Assembly: GCA_040755455.1 (NCBI GenBank)
Contig: JBFMAY010000010.1
Location: forward strand, 32,012 to 96,011
DNA from: Thermodesulfobacteriota bacterium
GTDB lineage: Bacteria > Desulfobacterota > Desulfobulbia > Desulfobulbales > SURF-16
Length of the DNA: 64,000 bases
Reading direction: 5' to 3'
Every line of letters starts with the position of its first letter. Within the stretch, counting starts at the first letter, position 1. Under the pieces are notes generated by a model. That model searched no databases and was not told the origin of the DNA. It was given only the letters and a program-made list of their open reading frames with translations. Below, piece after piece: positions 1 to 9,106 of the stretch. The position numbers and the translations under genes are program-made.

Positions 1-101
1 ACATGGCGGCGAAAAATACGGGAGGGCAGGACATGCCGGACAAAACTGCCGGCATGGTGGTTGATGGTAAAGGATGAGATGACCGGCCTTGGTCGTTGAA
101 C

Positions 102-386
102 CTACTGTTGCGCGGCAAGGTCCACCAGGGTTGCCCCCCACCCGCTTCTGTCCTCATGGGCCAGACGAAAGGAGACAACCTCCGGCATTCGTTCCAGAAT
201 GGCGTGCACGGTGCGCAGCAGGGTGCCAGTGCCTTTGCCGTGGATGATGCGGATCTGGAGGATGTTTCGTTCCCGGCAGACCCTGATATATTCCGGCACT
301 AGACTCTTCACGTCACGGGGCTGGAAGGTGTGTAAATCAAGTATGCCGTCAATGGGCAGCTCAATCGCTTCTGTCTCGTCGTTCAT
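102..386 (-). CDS. Small stand-alone Smr/MutS2 C-terminal domain protein
   Basis: LDLHTF, IIHGKGTG and GWGATLV motifs. Start moved to the ATG at 386 (MNDETEAIEL) because the longer ORF overlaps the divergent gene's ORF. Confidence 0.85.
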   Translation of the reverse strand: MNDETEAIELPIDGILDLHTFQPRDVKSLVPEYIRVCRERNILQIRIIHGKGTGTLLRTVHAILERMPEVVSFRLAHEDRSGWGATLVDLAAQQ

Positions 387-503
387 CGCAGAGGGCGGGG
401 GTGTTTTTATGGCTTTTTCCTGGCCTTGCCAGGAAAATTTTCTCTCTTGGCAAGAATAAAGAATACTGGAAATGAAGTCAATGGAAAGCGGGACGCAGAA
501 AAA

Positions 504-2771
504 ATGATAACAGATGAGAGAAAACAAAAAATACTTTTTCTTGGTTCAAACGTGAAGATCCGCAATCTGCCGATTAAGGAAGTGAGCCTGATTGAAGAGG
601 GCAGCCTACCGGCATACGGCTATAATCCCGGCGATTTTGTCGAACTGCTGGCCGGCAAGGTTGCCGTGGAAAACGGCCGCCTTGATCAGTGTCTGACCTG
701 GCTGGCCTCCTATCTGACCACCGGCAATCTTAGCCCGCAGATCACCACAATCAGCTATGGCGATCAGAAGGATATTTTTCAGATTTTCAGAAAAAGACAG
801 CGGCCGGAAATCGACAAGGATCATGGCTGGTTCATGGTGCACCAGATCCTGCCTTTTGCCGGCCGGGGAGCGGATGAGAATGCCCTGTCCATAACCGATG
901 AGAACAGGGAAAGATTGCGGGGCCATGATGGCATCATGGTGGTTGACGACGGAGGCCGGCCGCCCCAGATTGCCGCTGAGCTGAAAGAGCTCAACCCATC
1001 GGCCTGGGTCATTGCCATGGGCATCAGCGTGGCCCACTGGCTGGAATGGGCAAAGGAGTTCGGCGAGAATTTCGTTCTCTTTGGCCGCCTGTCCGATCTG
1101 GAGACCACCCGCATGGAGATGGACAGTTCGGTGGTGTGGGAATCGATTGTCGCCATGTCCCTGCGGGCCCTGCGCTCCCCGGAGGTGGGTATCTGGGATG
1201 CCCAGCGCAATTGCTTCCGCTGCCATGTCATGATCGAGATGTTTCCCCATGGTCTGCTTTATGTCAGCCCGAAAAATGTTTTTTTCCGCCACCGGGAAGG
1301 GAGTCTACCGGAAAAGAGCTCCCCCCGGCAGAAGGGCTCTGTGCCGGCTTACGACACACTGGTCACCTCCATGCTGGCCATGGATTTTATCCGCATGGGG
1401 GAGGTGGTCGCCGGCCGCAGTTTCTTCTGTGATTTTTCCAAACGAACCCTGTTGCACTGGCAACTGCTCTATGATCACGGCTATTATTTCAATGAGTCGC
1501 TGGAACTGCCTAATCTCGATTTTACCTCCACCTTTCCCAATGGGGCACCCTGTTCCTTTCTTGATTACAATGACCCCTGCTTCGTCGAACTGCCCGGCTT
1601 TTCTGCGGAATTCGACAAAAGTCTGGAGCTTGTTTCCGCCCAGGAGTGGAGCAAGGGGAAGATGGCCGGCCTGCGCTCGTTCTTTACCCAATCGGGTTGT
1701 CATTCTCCCCATCATGCGGCCATGCGGGCGGGTGCGGTGCCCCCGGGTTACATGGATATTATTCTGGAGGTGCTGCATTATCTGAAAGAGGAGGTAAGCC
1801 GAAAAAACGGTTTCAAGAATCTGCGCATGTTTCATGTCGGCCATCTGCGCACCGCCGATCCGGCGGAAATCGGGCCGGTGCTCACCCTGCAGTCGGTCAT
1901 GGACTCCTATGTCAGCAAGGAGAGTTTTCAGCGGCCGCTCTGTATCGGTGTGTTCGGCCCCCCCGGCTCCGGCAAGTCCTTTGCCGTGAAAGAGGTGGCC
2001 AAGGTGATCGGCAAGAAATTTGACCACGACCCCTTTGATTTCTTTGAATTCAACCTGACCCAGTTCGCCGAACCGGACGAGATCAATGCGGCCATTGACC
2101 TGGTCCGCGCATCCGTTGCCAAGGGCAAGGTGCCGATCACCTTCTGGGATGAATTTGACTGCCGTTACGATGGCCATGAATTCGGCTATCTCCGTTACTT
2201 TCTCCCTTCCATGCAGGATGGGGTGACCTATGTGCATGGTATCCCCTATTATATCGGCCGTGCTATTTTTGTCTTTGCCGGGGGGGTCAAGACGAGCTGG
2301 CTGGCCATGGAGGAGATGCTGACCAAGGCCACCCCCCAGGAACTGCAGGTGGCTAAAACCCTGAAGATTCCTGACTTCATGAGCCGCCTGCGGGTTGTGC
2401 TTGATATCGACGGCATCGAAATACCCGAGGAGCTGCTGCGCGATTCGGCCTCCCCCGAGGAGCTGGAGGAGTTGCGCCGCATTCTGTTGAAAAGGGCCTT
2501 CATCATCGCCCATCAGATGGATACCCACTGGAAAAAGGCGGCGAGAAAAACCTCGGGCCTGCTGCTGCGCCTGCTCATCGCCCAGTACAAATTCGGGGCC
2601 CGCTCCATCGAGGCGGTCATCGAGGCAAGCCGCGCCGCCGACCGCCTGGTCTATGGCCTGCCGGAATTGATCGGCCCCTCCGGCGCCCGCATCCATGCGG
2701 ACTGGCGGGTTGATCTGGAAAGGCGGCTTGATCAGGTACGAAAAAAACAGGGGTTGCGCTCCGTGTGGTAG
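504..2771 (+). CDS. P-loop AAA+ ATPase (ClpB-D2-like C-terminal module) with a long uncharacterised N-terminal region
   Basis: Walker A GPPGSGKS, Walker B ITFWDEFD, IFVFAGG, PDFMSRL and sensor-2-like FGARSI. ATG at 504 preferred over TTG at 426. Confidence 0.75.
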   Translation: MITDERKQKILFLGSNVKIRNLPIKEVSLIEEGSLPAYGYNPGDFVELLAGKVAVENGRLDQCLTWLASYLTTGNLSPQITTISYGDQKDIFQIFRKRQRPEIDKDHGWFMVHQILPFAGRGADENALSITDENRERLRGHDGIMVVDDGGRPPQIAAELKELNPSAWVIAMGISVAHWLEWAKEFGENFVLFGRLSDLETTRMEMDSSVVWESIVAMSLRALRSPEVGIWDAQRNCFRCHVMIEMFPHGLLYVSPKNVFFRHREGSLPEKSSPRQKGSVPAYDTLVTSMLAMDFIRMGEVVAGRSFFCDFSKRTLLHWQLLYDHGYYFNESLELPNLDFTSTFPNGAPCSFLDYNDPCFVELPGFSAEFDKSLELVSAQEWSKGKMAGLRSFFTQSGCHSPHHAAMRAGAVPPGYMDIILEVLHYLKEEVSRKNGFKNLRMFHVGHLRTADPAEIGPVLTLQSVMDSYVSKESFQRPLCIGVFGPPGSGKSFAVKEVAKVIGKKFDHDPFDFFEFNLTQFAEPDEINAAIDLVRASVAKGKVPITFWDEFDCRYDGHEFGYLRYFLPSMQDGVTYVHGIPYYIGRAIFVFAGGVKTSWLAMEEMLTKATPQELQVAKTLKIPDFMSRLRVVLDIDGIEIPEELLRDSASPEELEELRRILLKRAFIIAHQMDTHWKKAARKTSGLLLRLLIAQYKFGARSIEAVIEASRAADRLVYGLPELIGPSGARIHADWRVDLERRLDQVRKKQGLRSVW

Positions 2772-2832
2772 CCGGGCCAGACGTCAGCCTGCGCCCATGG
2801 CAAAATCTTCTCCTGGTGGCGAAAAAATTGTA

Positions 2833-2861
2833 TTGATGAATTGGTCCAGATAAGGTATAAA
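2833..2861 (+). promoter_or_regulatory. sigma70-type promoter of tRNA-Arg
   Basis: TTGATG-17 nt-TATAAA, ending 18 nt upstream of the tRNA. Confidence 0.6.
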
Positions 2862-2879
2862 AACCACTCCTTCAACAAA

Positions 2880-2956
2880 GCACCCGTAGCTCAGCTGGAT
2901 AGAGTGCCGGACTACGAATCCGTAGGTCGCACGTTCGAATCGTGCCGGGTGCGCCA
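2880..2956 (+). tRNA. tRNA-Arg (ACG)
   Basis: Acceptor GCACCCG/CGGGTGC, D arm TAGCTCAGCTGGATAGAG, anticodon arm CGGA-CTACGAA-TCCG, T loop TTCGAAT, 3' CCA. Confidence 0.97.
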
Positions 2957-2965
2957 GAAAATACT

Positions 2966-3005
2966 AAAGCCCTTCGCTCCGAGTGAGCTAAGGGCTTTTT
3001 TATTT
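2966..3005 (+). terminator. Rho-independent terminator after tRNA-Arg
   Basis: AAAGCCCTT...AAGGGCTTT stem followed by a T tract. Confidence 0.8.
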
Positions 3006-3087
3006 AGTTCCGTGGGGATACTGAGAGCCGCGGTTTTATGCCAACCCCCACACCTGATTCATGCTGTGGACGTCGGCAAAAAAACCA

Positions 3088-3306
3088 TTATAACGCGTGG
3101 GCATCCTTGCATGATTCAGCCTTATTCATGCTTAAGAGCCCACCCAACAAATAATGACCGCAACTTGTAAATTGCCGCGTCTTGCAGATCAGCTCAGCAT
3201 AATATGATAATGGAATATAAACGCCGCCCGCCCTTCTCAGGCATTGAGCATGGCACTCTTTCCAGAAAGGGCAGCTCGTCTCGTTTTTATTGGAGAAATG
3301 GGCCAT
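3088..3306 (-). CDS. Small Cys-rich hypothetical protein (72 aa), possible metal-binding domain
   Basis: GGAGA RBS upstream of ATG 3306; pattern CPF-x3-C-x3-C...YIP...C-x7-C-x-HY. Confidence 0.55.
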   Translation of the reverse strand: MAHFSNKNETSCPFWKECHAQCLRRAGGVYIPLSYYAELICKTRQFTSCGHYLLGGLLSMNKAESCKDAHAL

Positions 3307-3562
3307 ATTGTTGTTCTCCCGGCATTGAATGCACACGAAGAAGCGTTACAGTTATTGTTACATCGTCTCCCATGCAAAAGTAGTATATTATGAAAGAACG
3401 CAATAAACATCCGGATGGTTCCCGGCAATAATGTTGATCTTCAGAAAAAAATGGCCGGCCAGGTGGGGGCATGGCCTGAAGCTGCATAACCCTTTTTTGC
3501 CCAGTTGGCGGATGCAGTTCAGATTTTTTTCTCAAATGCCCGAGAGAGCTGAATAATTCATT

Positions 3563-3790
3563 GTGACGAAGAACAAGTTGGGAACAGCACAGGTGGTTTC
3601 CTGGGTCCTCACTTTATGCAGAATACTGATTGGGGCCCTTGTGATCAAAACAGGGTTTGATTTGGCCAGCGGGACAGGTGCATTTGCTTATAAACAATCT
3701 GACAACATCATGACCGGCGTTTTCGTGATGTCCATTGGTATCTATTTTGTCTTTTCAAGCATTTCCCGGCAATTTTTTAAAGATAAATAG
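3563..3790 (+). CDS. Small two-TM membrane protein, hypothetical
   Basis: 75-aa ORF with two hydrophobic stretches and a basic C-terminus. Confidence 0.5.
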   Translation: MTKNKLGTAQVVSWVLTLCRILIGALVIKTGFDLASGTGAFAYKQSDNIMTGVFVMSIGIYFVFSSISRQFFKDK

Positions 3791-3861
3791 ACTTGCTGAG
3801 AAAAAAACGATGAATGCAATGCGGGTTCTGCCCTCTTTTTACAGGGCGTTATCGGTATTGG

Positions 3862-5253
3862 TCAGGAGCTGTGCAAGGGCAGCTCAACCGTGACCGTGGT
3901 GCCGCAGCCAGGTTCACTGTTAATGGTGATTCTGCCGCCGTGGCCGTCGATGATCTTTTTGGCGGAGAAGAGCCCCAGGCCGCTGCCCTTGGCCATGTCC
4001 TTTGTCTGGTTGAGCCTTCTGAAAGGCTGAAACAGGGTGGAAATTTTCTCCGGCGGGATGCCGACCCCCGCATCTTTTACCACAATAACAGCTTGCTCCT
4101 GCTCGCGGCGAAGCCGGATTTCAATGGTGCTGTTACGTTCGCTGTACTTGACAGCGTTGGAAATAAGATTGTTGATTACCCGCTCCAGGCGTCTGGCATC
4201 GCCCTGCACCAGACAGGGGGTCCCTTCATAGCGCAGATGGTGACTGCTGATCATGGTTACCTGTTTGGCGTGGATGGTCTTGAGCAGGCCGTGGAGATCC
4301 ACCTCTGCCATGGAAAGCGCAACGTTCCCCTCTTCCAACCGCACGGTATCGACAAACTCGCCGATCAGTTCTTCAACCGCATCAGCCTGTTCGATGATAC
4401 AATCGAGCAGGGGCATCTTCTCTTCGACAACGGCCTGCTTCTTTTTCAATCTTCTGGCCGTCCCGCCGATGAGGACCAGGGGATTCTTGATGTCATGAGC
4501 CAGCGAGGCGATGAAATGACGACGATCCTGCTGAAGCAGAGAGATATTCTCGGTCATTTCATTAAAAGCGCGGCTGAGCATGCCGAGTTCATCGTTGTAG
4601 TAGACCGTGGCCCGCGCTGCCGCTTCTCCTCTACCGAAGCGCTCAGCCACCTGGCTCAGGGCAAAGGTGGGGAGGATGATCCGTTTGAGCAGCAGAAGGG
4701 AATTGCAGGCGGTGAAAAAGAGGACAAAGAGTATCAAGCCGATTGACCAGCGGTCGACCACAGTGTCAAGGCGCTTACTCAGGGTCAGGGTCTCGGTCAT
4801 CTGTGCATGGTTCTGTTCCCTGAATTCCTCAACCGCACTCAGCAGTACGTCGGCGGAGCGGCTGGCCTCCTCCAGGGGCTGGGCTGGCTCGGCAAGGGCA
4901 TCGGCCCGGTATTGCTCAAATAATTGCCGGATATGGGAAATTTTTTCTTTTCCTTGGGTTGAGGTGCCGGGATCTGCAAGAGCACGAACCAGGGGGGTTG
5001 ATCTTTCCAGAAAGCTTGATTTCAGCTTAAGATACGCCGTGTCACCGGTGACACGCCAAAGCAGATCCTCGCGCCGTTCACTGAGAATAGCATTTTCAAT
5101 CTGATGGGCAAGTTCGATGGCCTGAGAATCCTTGAGGACCCGGGCATTCATGGACTGCAGTTTATTGGTGCTGGCCAGCAGCGACAGCGCCAGAATAATG
5201 AAACAGAAAACCAGTCCGCCTATCCAGAAATATATGAACTTCTTTATACTCAT
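3862..5253 (-). CDS. Membrane sensor histidine kinase (periplasmic helical sensor, HAMP, HisKA, HATPase)
   Basis: Two TMs, HAMP DELGMLSRAFNEM, H-box LAHDIKNPL, N-box NLISNAVKYS, DAGVGI and GSGLGL boxes. Confidence 0.92.
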   Translation of the reverse strand: MSIKKFIYFWIGGLVFCFIILALSLLASTNKLQSMNARVLKDSQAIELAHQIENAILSERREDLLWRVTGDTAYLKLKSSFLERSTPLVRALADPGTSTQGKEKISHIRQLFEQYRADALAEPAQPLEEASRSADVLLSAVEEFREQNHAQMTETLTLSKRLDTVVDRWSIGLILFVLFFTACNSLLLLKRIILPTFALSQVAERFGRGEAAARATVYYNDELGMLSRAFNEMTENISLLQQDRRHFIASLAHDIKNPLVLIGGTARRLKKKQAVVEEKMPLLDCIIEQADAVEELIGEFVDTVRLEEGNVALSMAEVDLHGLLKTIHAKQVTMISSHHLRYEGTPCLVQGDARRLERVINNLISNAVKYSERNSTIEIRLRREQEQAVIVVKDAGVGIPPEKISTLFQPFRRLNQTKDMAKGSGLGLFSAKKIIDGHGGRITINSEPGCGTTVTVELPLHSS

Positions 5254-5702
5254 GGTGATGGAATGTGCTCCTTTCCTTGCTCTTTGTCAACCACTTCCTG
5301 CTTGTTTATGTTATGCCAACTGCCGTGACATTAATCACTGAGAGCAGTGCCTGGAATAAATAGTTCCTGGACAGGCTCAGTCAAAATCTCCGCAGGAGGA
5401 TGACAGTACAAAAAATGAAATGCCGTTGATTGTGACCGGGTAAACCGGAGGAAGCAACATCAGGAAAACAAGGCCACCAGGCAACTCAGCCACAAACTGA
5501 GAAGAGAGCTCTGCCTGGAGGCTTGACAGTGCATTCACGCAAAACAGCCCGGGCGGGACCAGGGGGGGGGAAACGGTGCAAGAGGCAAGTTGGGAAATAA
5601 TCCTCCCCCGGAATTATGGAGCCGGGGGAAAACAGCTCATCGATGAATATGCCACCCCGCAGGCTGGGTAACCCCCTGAAAGGTTCTGAGAAAAGACCAG
5701 CT

Positions 5703-6638
5703 CTACGAGTGGAAAAGCAGGCGGACCCGCTTAATCATGCTGCTGACAACCTGCAGGGTCTTGAACGGAATCGGCTTTAACGTTGACGGCAAAATAAAGC
5801 CGTCGACCGAAACATCCTGCGGATGCAACAAGGGGAAAATAAGCTCCTCCGGCCTGGCCCCGGCAAGATGCTGCCTGGCCGTCTCGCGCCAGATCATGCT
5901 CTGCTCAGGCTTTATACCGAGCATGAGCAGCAGGGCGGTATCCAGGGCCACCGGATTGACAGAGCCCGCCACCACCCCCAGGGGAAACATCTCCCCCTGC
6001 ATCGGCCCCCTTCTGTGCATGGCCTGCACCCCATCCATGAAACTTATCCCTGCAGGCAAAACAGCAAGCAGATCCACCAGCATGCGGCAGAAAGCCTGCT
6101 CATCCTCCCCCAGTTTCTGATGGAGCAGGGCCTTGCCGAAGCCTTTCACCGCGCCGAAGTAATTTTTTACCGCCAGGGAAATGAGCGTCTGGGAATGGGC
6201 CTTGAATTTAGGGAGATTGATCAGCACATCACATTCCAGCGGCTCGGCGGCCAGGGTAACCCGCTCACCGCAGGCAAGACTGACCTGCCTGGCTGTGCCG
6301 AAATGAATCAATTTGACCGGCAGGCCCCGTAGACTTCCGGCAATACCACAGGCCCGCATCACTGCCGGAGCTCGGCCAAAGGCTGGGGAATCGCCTATGT
6401 CTACCTTGGCCCCGCAATCCAAACACCACTCGGCAACAGCGGCAACAAATTCCGGGTGGGTGCAGGCCAGGCCGTTGTGGCCTCGCCCCGCCACCAGATT
6501 CGGTTTCAGCAGCACCCTGAGGCCTGGCGTGATGCGAAAACAGACCGCCTCGGCCAAGGTGGCCAAATGGTTCTTTAACGTATGCCGGTCATAGGTGGGA
6601 CAGCGCAAAATGCCCACTTTTTGCGATGAAATTTCCAT
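5703..6638 (-). CDS. DUF362 family protein
   Basis: VLLKPNL, THPEFV, IGDSPA, INLPKFKAH, AVKNYFG and NPVALD motifs. Confidence 0.85.
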   Translation of the reverse strand: MEISSQKVGILRCPTYDRHTLKNHLATLAEAVCFRITPGLRVLLKPNLVAGRGHNGLACTHPEFVAAVAEWCLDCGAKVDIGDSPAFGRAPAVMRACGIAGSLRGLPVKLIHFGTARQVSLACGERVTLAAEPLECDVLINLPKFKAHSQTLISLAVKNYFGAVKGFGKALLHQKLGEDEQAFCRMLVDLLAVLPAGISFMDGVQAMHRRGPMQGEMFPLGVVAGSVNPVALDTALLLMLGIKPEQSMIWRETARQHLAGARPEELIFPLLHPQDVSVDGFILPSTLKPIPFKTLQVVSSMIKRVRLLFHS

Positions 6639-6689
6639 GGGTTGTCAGCAGAAAAAGCAAGAAGGATGAGAAGACAATTGCCGCTACAA

Positions 6690-6764
6690 AACGAAAAAGG
6701 CCGATCCTGGGGGGACAGGATCAGCCTTTTTCTGGAGAAAGGAGATAAGAGTTGTTATCTTGAT
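6690..6764 (-). ncRNA. Candidate sigma54-dependent small RNA (or attenuating leader of DUF362)
   Basis: Consensus -24/-12 promoter directly upstream, 5' hairpin AGAUAA/UUAUCU, CUCCUUUCUCC tract, intrinsic terminator, no credible ORF. Confidence 0.6.
6694..6731. terminator. Bidirectional intrinsic terminator
   Basis: AAAAAGGCCGATCCTG-GGGGGA-CAGGATCAGCCTTTTT. Confidence 0.85.
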
Positions 6765-6774
6765 TTGTGGTATA

Positions 6775-6790
6775 AGCAACAGGCGTGCCA
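6775..6790 (-). promoter_or_regulatory. sigma54 (-24/-12) promoter
   Basis: Minus strand TGGCACGCCTGTTGCT, matching TGGCACG-N4-TTGC. Confidence 0.85.
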
Positions 6791-6934
6791 GACAGTTTAA
6801 AAAAAATTCTCCTCGCTTAATCCCTTATGCCATAAGGAAAAAACGTTTTCTACCGCAAATGAGCCTGCGCTCAAAAAATACAATTTTTTATACCCTTGCC
6901 TCTTTCCTCAGAATAAAATAATATTATACAAATA

Positions 6935-6947
6935 AATCAATATATTA
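6935..6947 (+). promoter_or_regulatory. IHF-binding site
   Basis: AATCAA-TATA-TTA matches WATCAANNNNTTR, in an AT-rich context upstream of the sigma54 promoter. Confidence 0.55.
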
Positions 6948-7053
6948 CGATAAGGACAATTTTTTGTACCGCTCTTCGAACCGCATTCCAGCCGCAAAAA
7001 AACAGCTGCTGTGGATTTTTTCGTCACATTCGTAAGAGACAAGTACAATTTTT

Positions 7054-8973
7054 TTAATTTCCCTTTGCCCAATTGAGTAATCCGCCGGCTAGCAGAATCT
7101 CCCGGTGGCGATCGGACACATCAAGAACAGCCTGAACAGCCTGTCCGTCGACCTCAACCGTAATGGTTTCGGCCCCTTGCGTAAGGGACCTGCGTAAACC
7201 GGGGATGACCACCCTGACTCCCTGCCTGATCCGGTCATAATCGGCAGGATCGGCAAAGGTGAGGGGGAGGATGCCGAAGTTGATAAGATTGGCTTTATGG
7301 ATGCGGGCAAAACTTTTCACCAATTTCACCTCGACCCCAAGATAGCGGGGGGCCAGCGCCGCGTGTTCGCGGGAAGAACCCTGCCCGTAATTCTCACCAG
7401 CTACAATCATGCCGCTGCCCGCTTCCTTGGCATGCCGACTGAAATGCTCATCCAAAGCCCGGAAGACAAATTCACTGATCGCCGGTATATTGCTGCGCAA
7501 GGGCAGAATCTGGGCACCAGCAGGCATGATATGATCAGTGGTTATGTTATCGCCCGCCTTGAGCAGCACCGTTCCCTGCCAGGTTTCCGGCATGGCCGCG
7601 AAAGTCGGGAACGGGGCGATATTGGGCCCGCGAATGATCTGCACCCCGCTGCCATCGGCAAGCGGCGGCTCGATACGGGAGTCGCCGGGCAGATATGTAT
7701 CCGGCAGGGTGAAGGCGGGATAGTCGCCCAGCTCGCGGGGATCGGTGATTTTTCCGGAAATCGCTGAAGCAACGGCCACCTCCGGACTGCAGAGATAGAC
7801 CTGATCGCCTACCGTACCGCTGCGACCGGGGAAATTGCGAGGGAAGGTGCGCAGCGAGATCGTGCCGGTTGCCGGGGCCTGCCCCATGCCGATGCAGCCG
7901 AGACAACCGGCCTGATGCACCCTGGCCCCGGCATGAATCAGGGGCAGCATTTCCCCCATGGCGGTCAGATTCTCCAGCACCTGACGGCTGCCCGGGTTAA
8001 TCTCAAAACTCACCTCGTTGCTCACCTGCCGGCCGGCCAGAGCCTTGGCCACCACCACCAGATCCCGCAGCGAGGAGTTGGAACAGGAGCCTACCAGCAC
8101 CTGGGAAACAGGGCGGCCGGCCACCTCGCTCACCTTCACCACGTTATCAGGCGATGAGGGACAGGCGATCAGCGGCTCCAGGGAGGACAGGTTGATTTCG
8201 ATCACCTCGTCATACCGGGCATCCGCATCGGCAACAATTTCAACCCAGCAATCCGCCCTGCCCTGGCTTCTGAGGAATTTCAGCGTGTTGTCATCCGAAG
8301 GAAAAACAGAAGTCGTTGCCCCGAGTTCCGCCCCGAAATTGGTGATCGATGCCCGGTCCGTGACGGACAGCTCTTTCACCCCCGGACCGAAATATTCAAA
8401 AATATAGCCTACCCCGCCTTTGACGGAAAGCTGCCGGAGCAACTCCAGCAGCACATCCCGGGCCGACACCCAGGGGGAGAGTTTTCCGGTCAGCTTCACG
8501 CCGTAAATCTTCGGCACAATCAGATAAAAAGGCTTGCCGGCCATGGCCATGGCCACATCAAGCCCGCCGGCGCCAATGGCCAGCATGCCGAGCCCGCCGC
8601 CCGTGGGGGTATGGCTGTCAGAACCAAGCAGGGTCTTGCCCGGCCTGCCGAACCTCTCAAGATTGATCTGGTGGGAAATGCCATTACCCGGCGGGGAAAA
8701 ATACAGGCCATATTTTCTGGCAATGGACTGCAGAAAGCGATGGTCATCAGCATTCTTAAAATCCGACTGCACCAGGTTATGGTCAACGTAACAGACGGAA
8801 CACTCGGTCTGCACCCGCGGGATTCCGACGGATTCAAATTCCAGATAGGCCATGGTCCCTGTCGCATCCTGGGTCAAGGTCTGATCAATGCGGATGCCGA
8901 TCTCCCTGCCCTTCACCATCTCACCTTCCACAAGATGAGCTTCAAGTATTTTTTCCGTAACGGTTATACCCAT
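7054..8973 (-). CDS. acnA: Aconitate hydratase (short Aquifex/deltaproteobacterial type)
   Basis: TQDATGT, GSDSHT, GSCSN and CLGCIG Fe-S ligands, DNITTDHI, GSSREHAA. Confidence 0.88.
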   Translation of the reverse strand: MGITVTEKILEAHLVEGEMVKGREIGIRIDQTLTQDATGTMAYLEFESVGIPRVQTECSVCYVDHNLVQSDFKNADDHRFLQSIARKYGLYFSPPGNGISHQINLERFGRPGKTLLGSDSHTPTGGGLGMLAIGAGGLDVAMAMAGKPFYLIVPKIYGVKLTGKLSPWVSARDVLLELLRQLSVKGGVGYIFEYFGPGVKELSVTDRASITNFGAELGATTSVFPSDDNTLKFLRSQGRADCWVEIVADADARYDEVIEINLSSLEPLIACPSSPDNVVKVSEVAGRPVSQVLVGSCSNSSLRDLVVVAKALAGRQVSNEVSFEINPGSRQVLENLTAMGEMLPLIHAGARVHQAGCLGCIGMGQAPATGTISLRTFPRNFPGRSGTVGDQVYLCSPEVAVASAISGKITDPRELGDYPAFTLPDTYLPGDSRIEPPLADGSGVQIIRGPNIAPFPTFAAMPETWQGTVLLKAGDNITTDHIMPAGAQILPLRSNIPAISEFVFRALDEHFSRHAKEAGSGMIVAGENYGQGSSREHAALAPRYLGVEVKLVKSFARIHKANLINFGILPLTFADPADYDRIRQGVRVVIPGLRRSLTQGAETITVEVDGQAVQAVLDVSDRHREILLAGGLLNWAKGN

Positions 8974-9106
8974 TTCCTTCAACTCCTGTTATTTTGCTGA
9001 TTCTCTTCATCTAATAATGGCGTTTCAAAAAAATATCGTTGCCCTTTACCATAAAAGGCCGCCTTTGTCATCGCCCATGCCCTTATATTCATGGCCGTCG
9101 CCACCT

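Noticed and set aside
5342..5378. Imperfect inverted repeat GAGCAGTGCCTGGAA...TTCCTGGACAGGCTC as a MITE/REP remnant
   Set aside because: Single degenerate copy in the window with no target duplication; cannot be supported.
2880..5700. Genomic island integrated at tRNA-Arg
   Set aside because: No integrase, and I found no duplicated tRNA 3' end. The tRNA keeps its own terminator.
6733..6763. Plus-strand GGAGAAAGGAG as the RBS of a small peptide
   Set aside because: Only TTG-TTA-TCT-TGA follows. The minus-strand promoter explains the sequence better.
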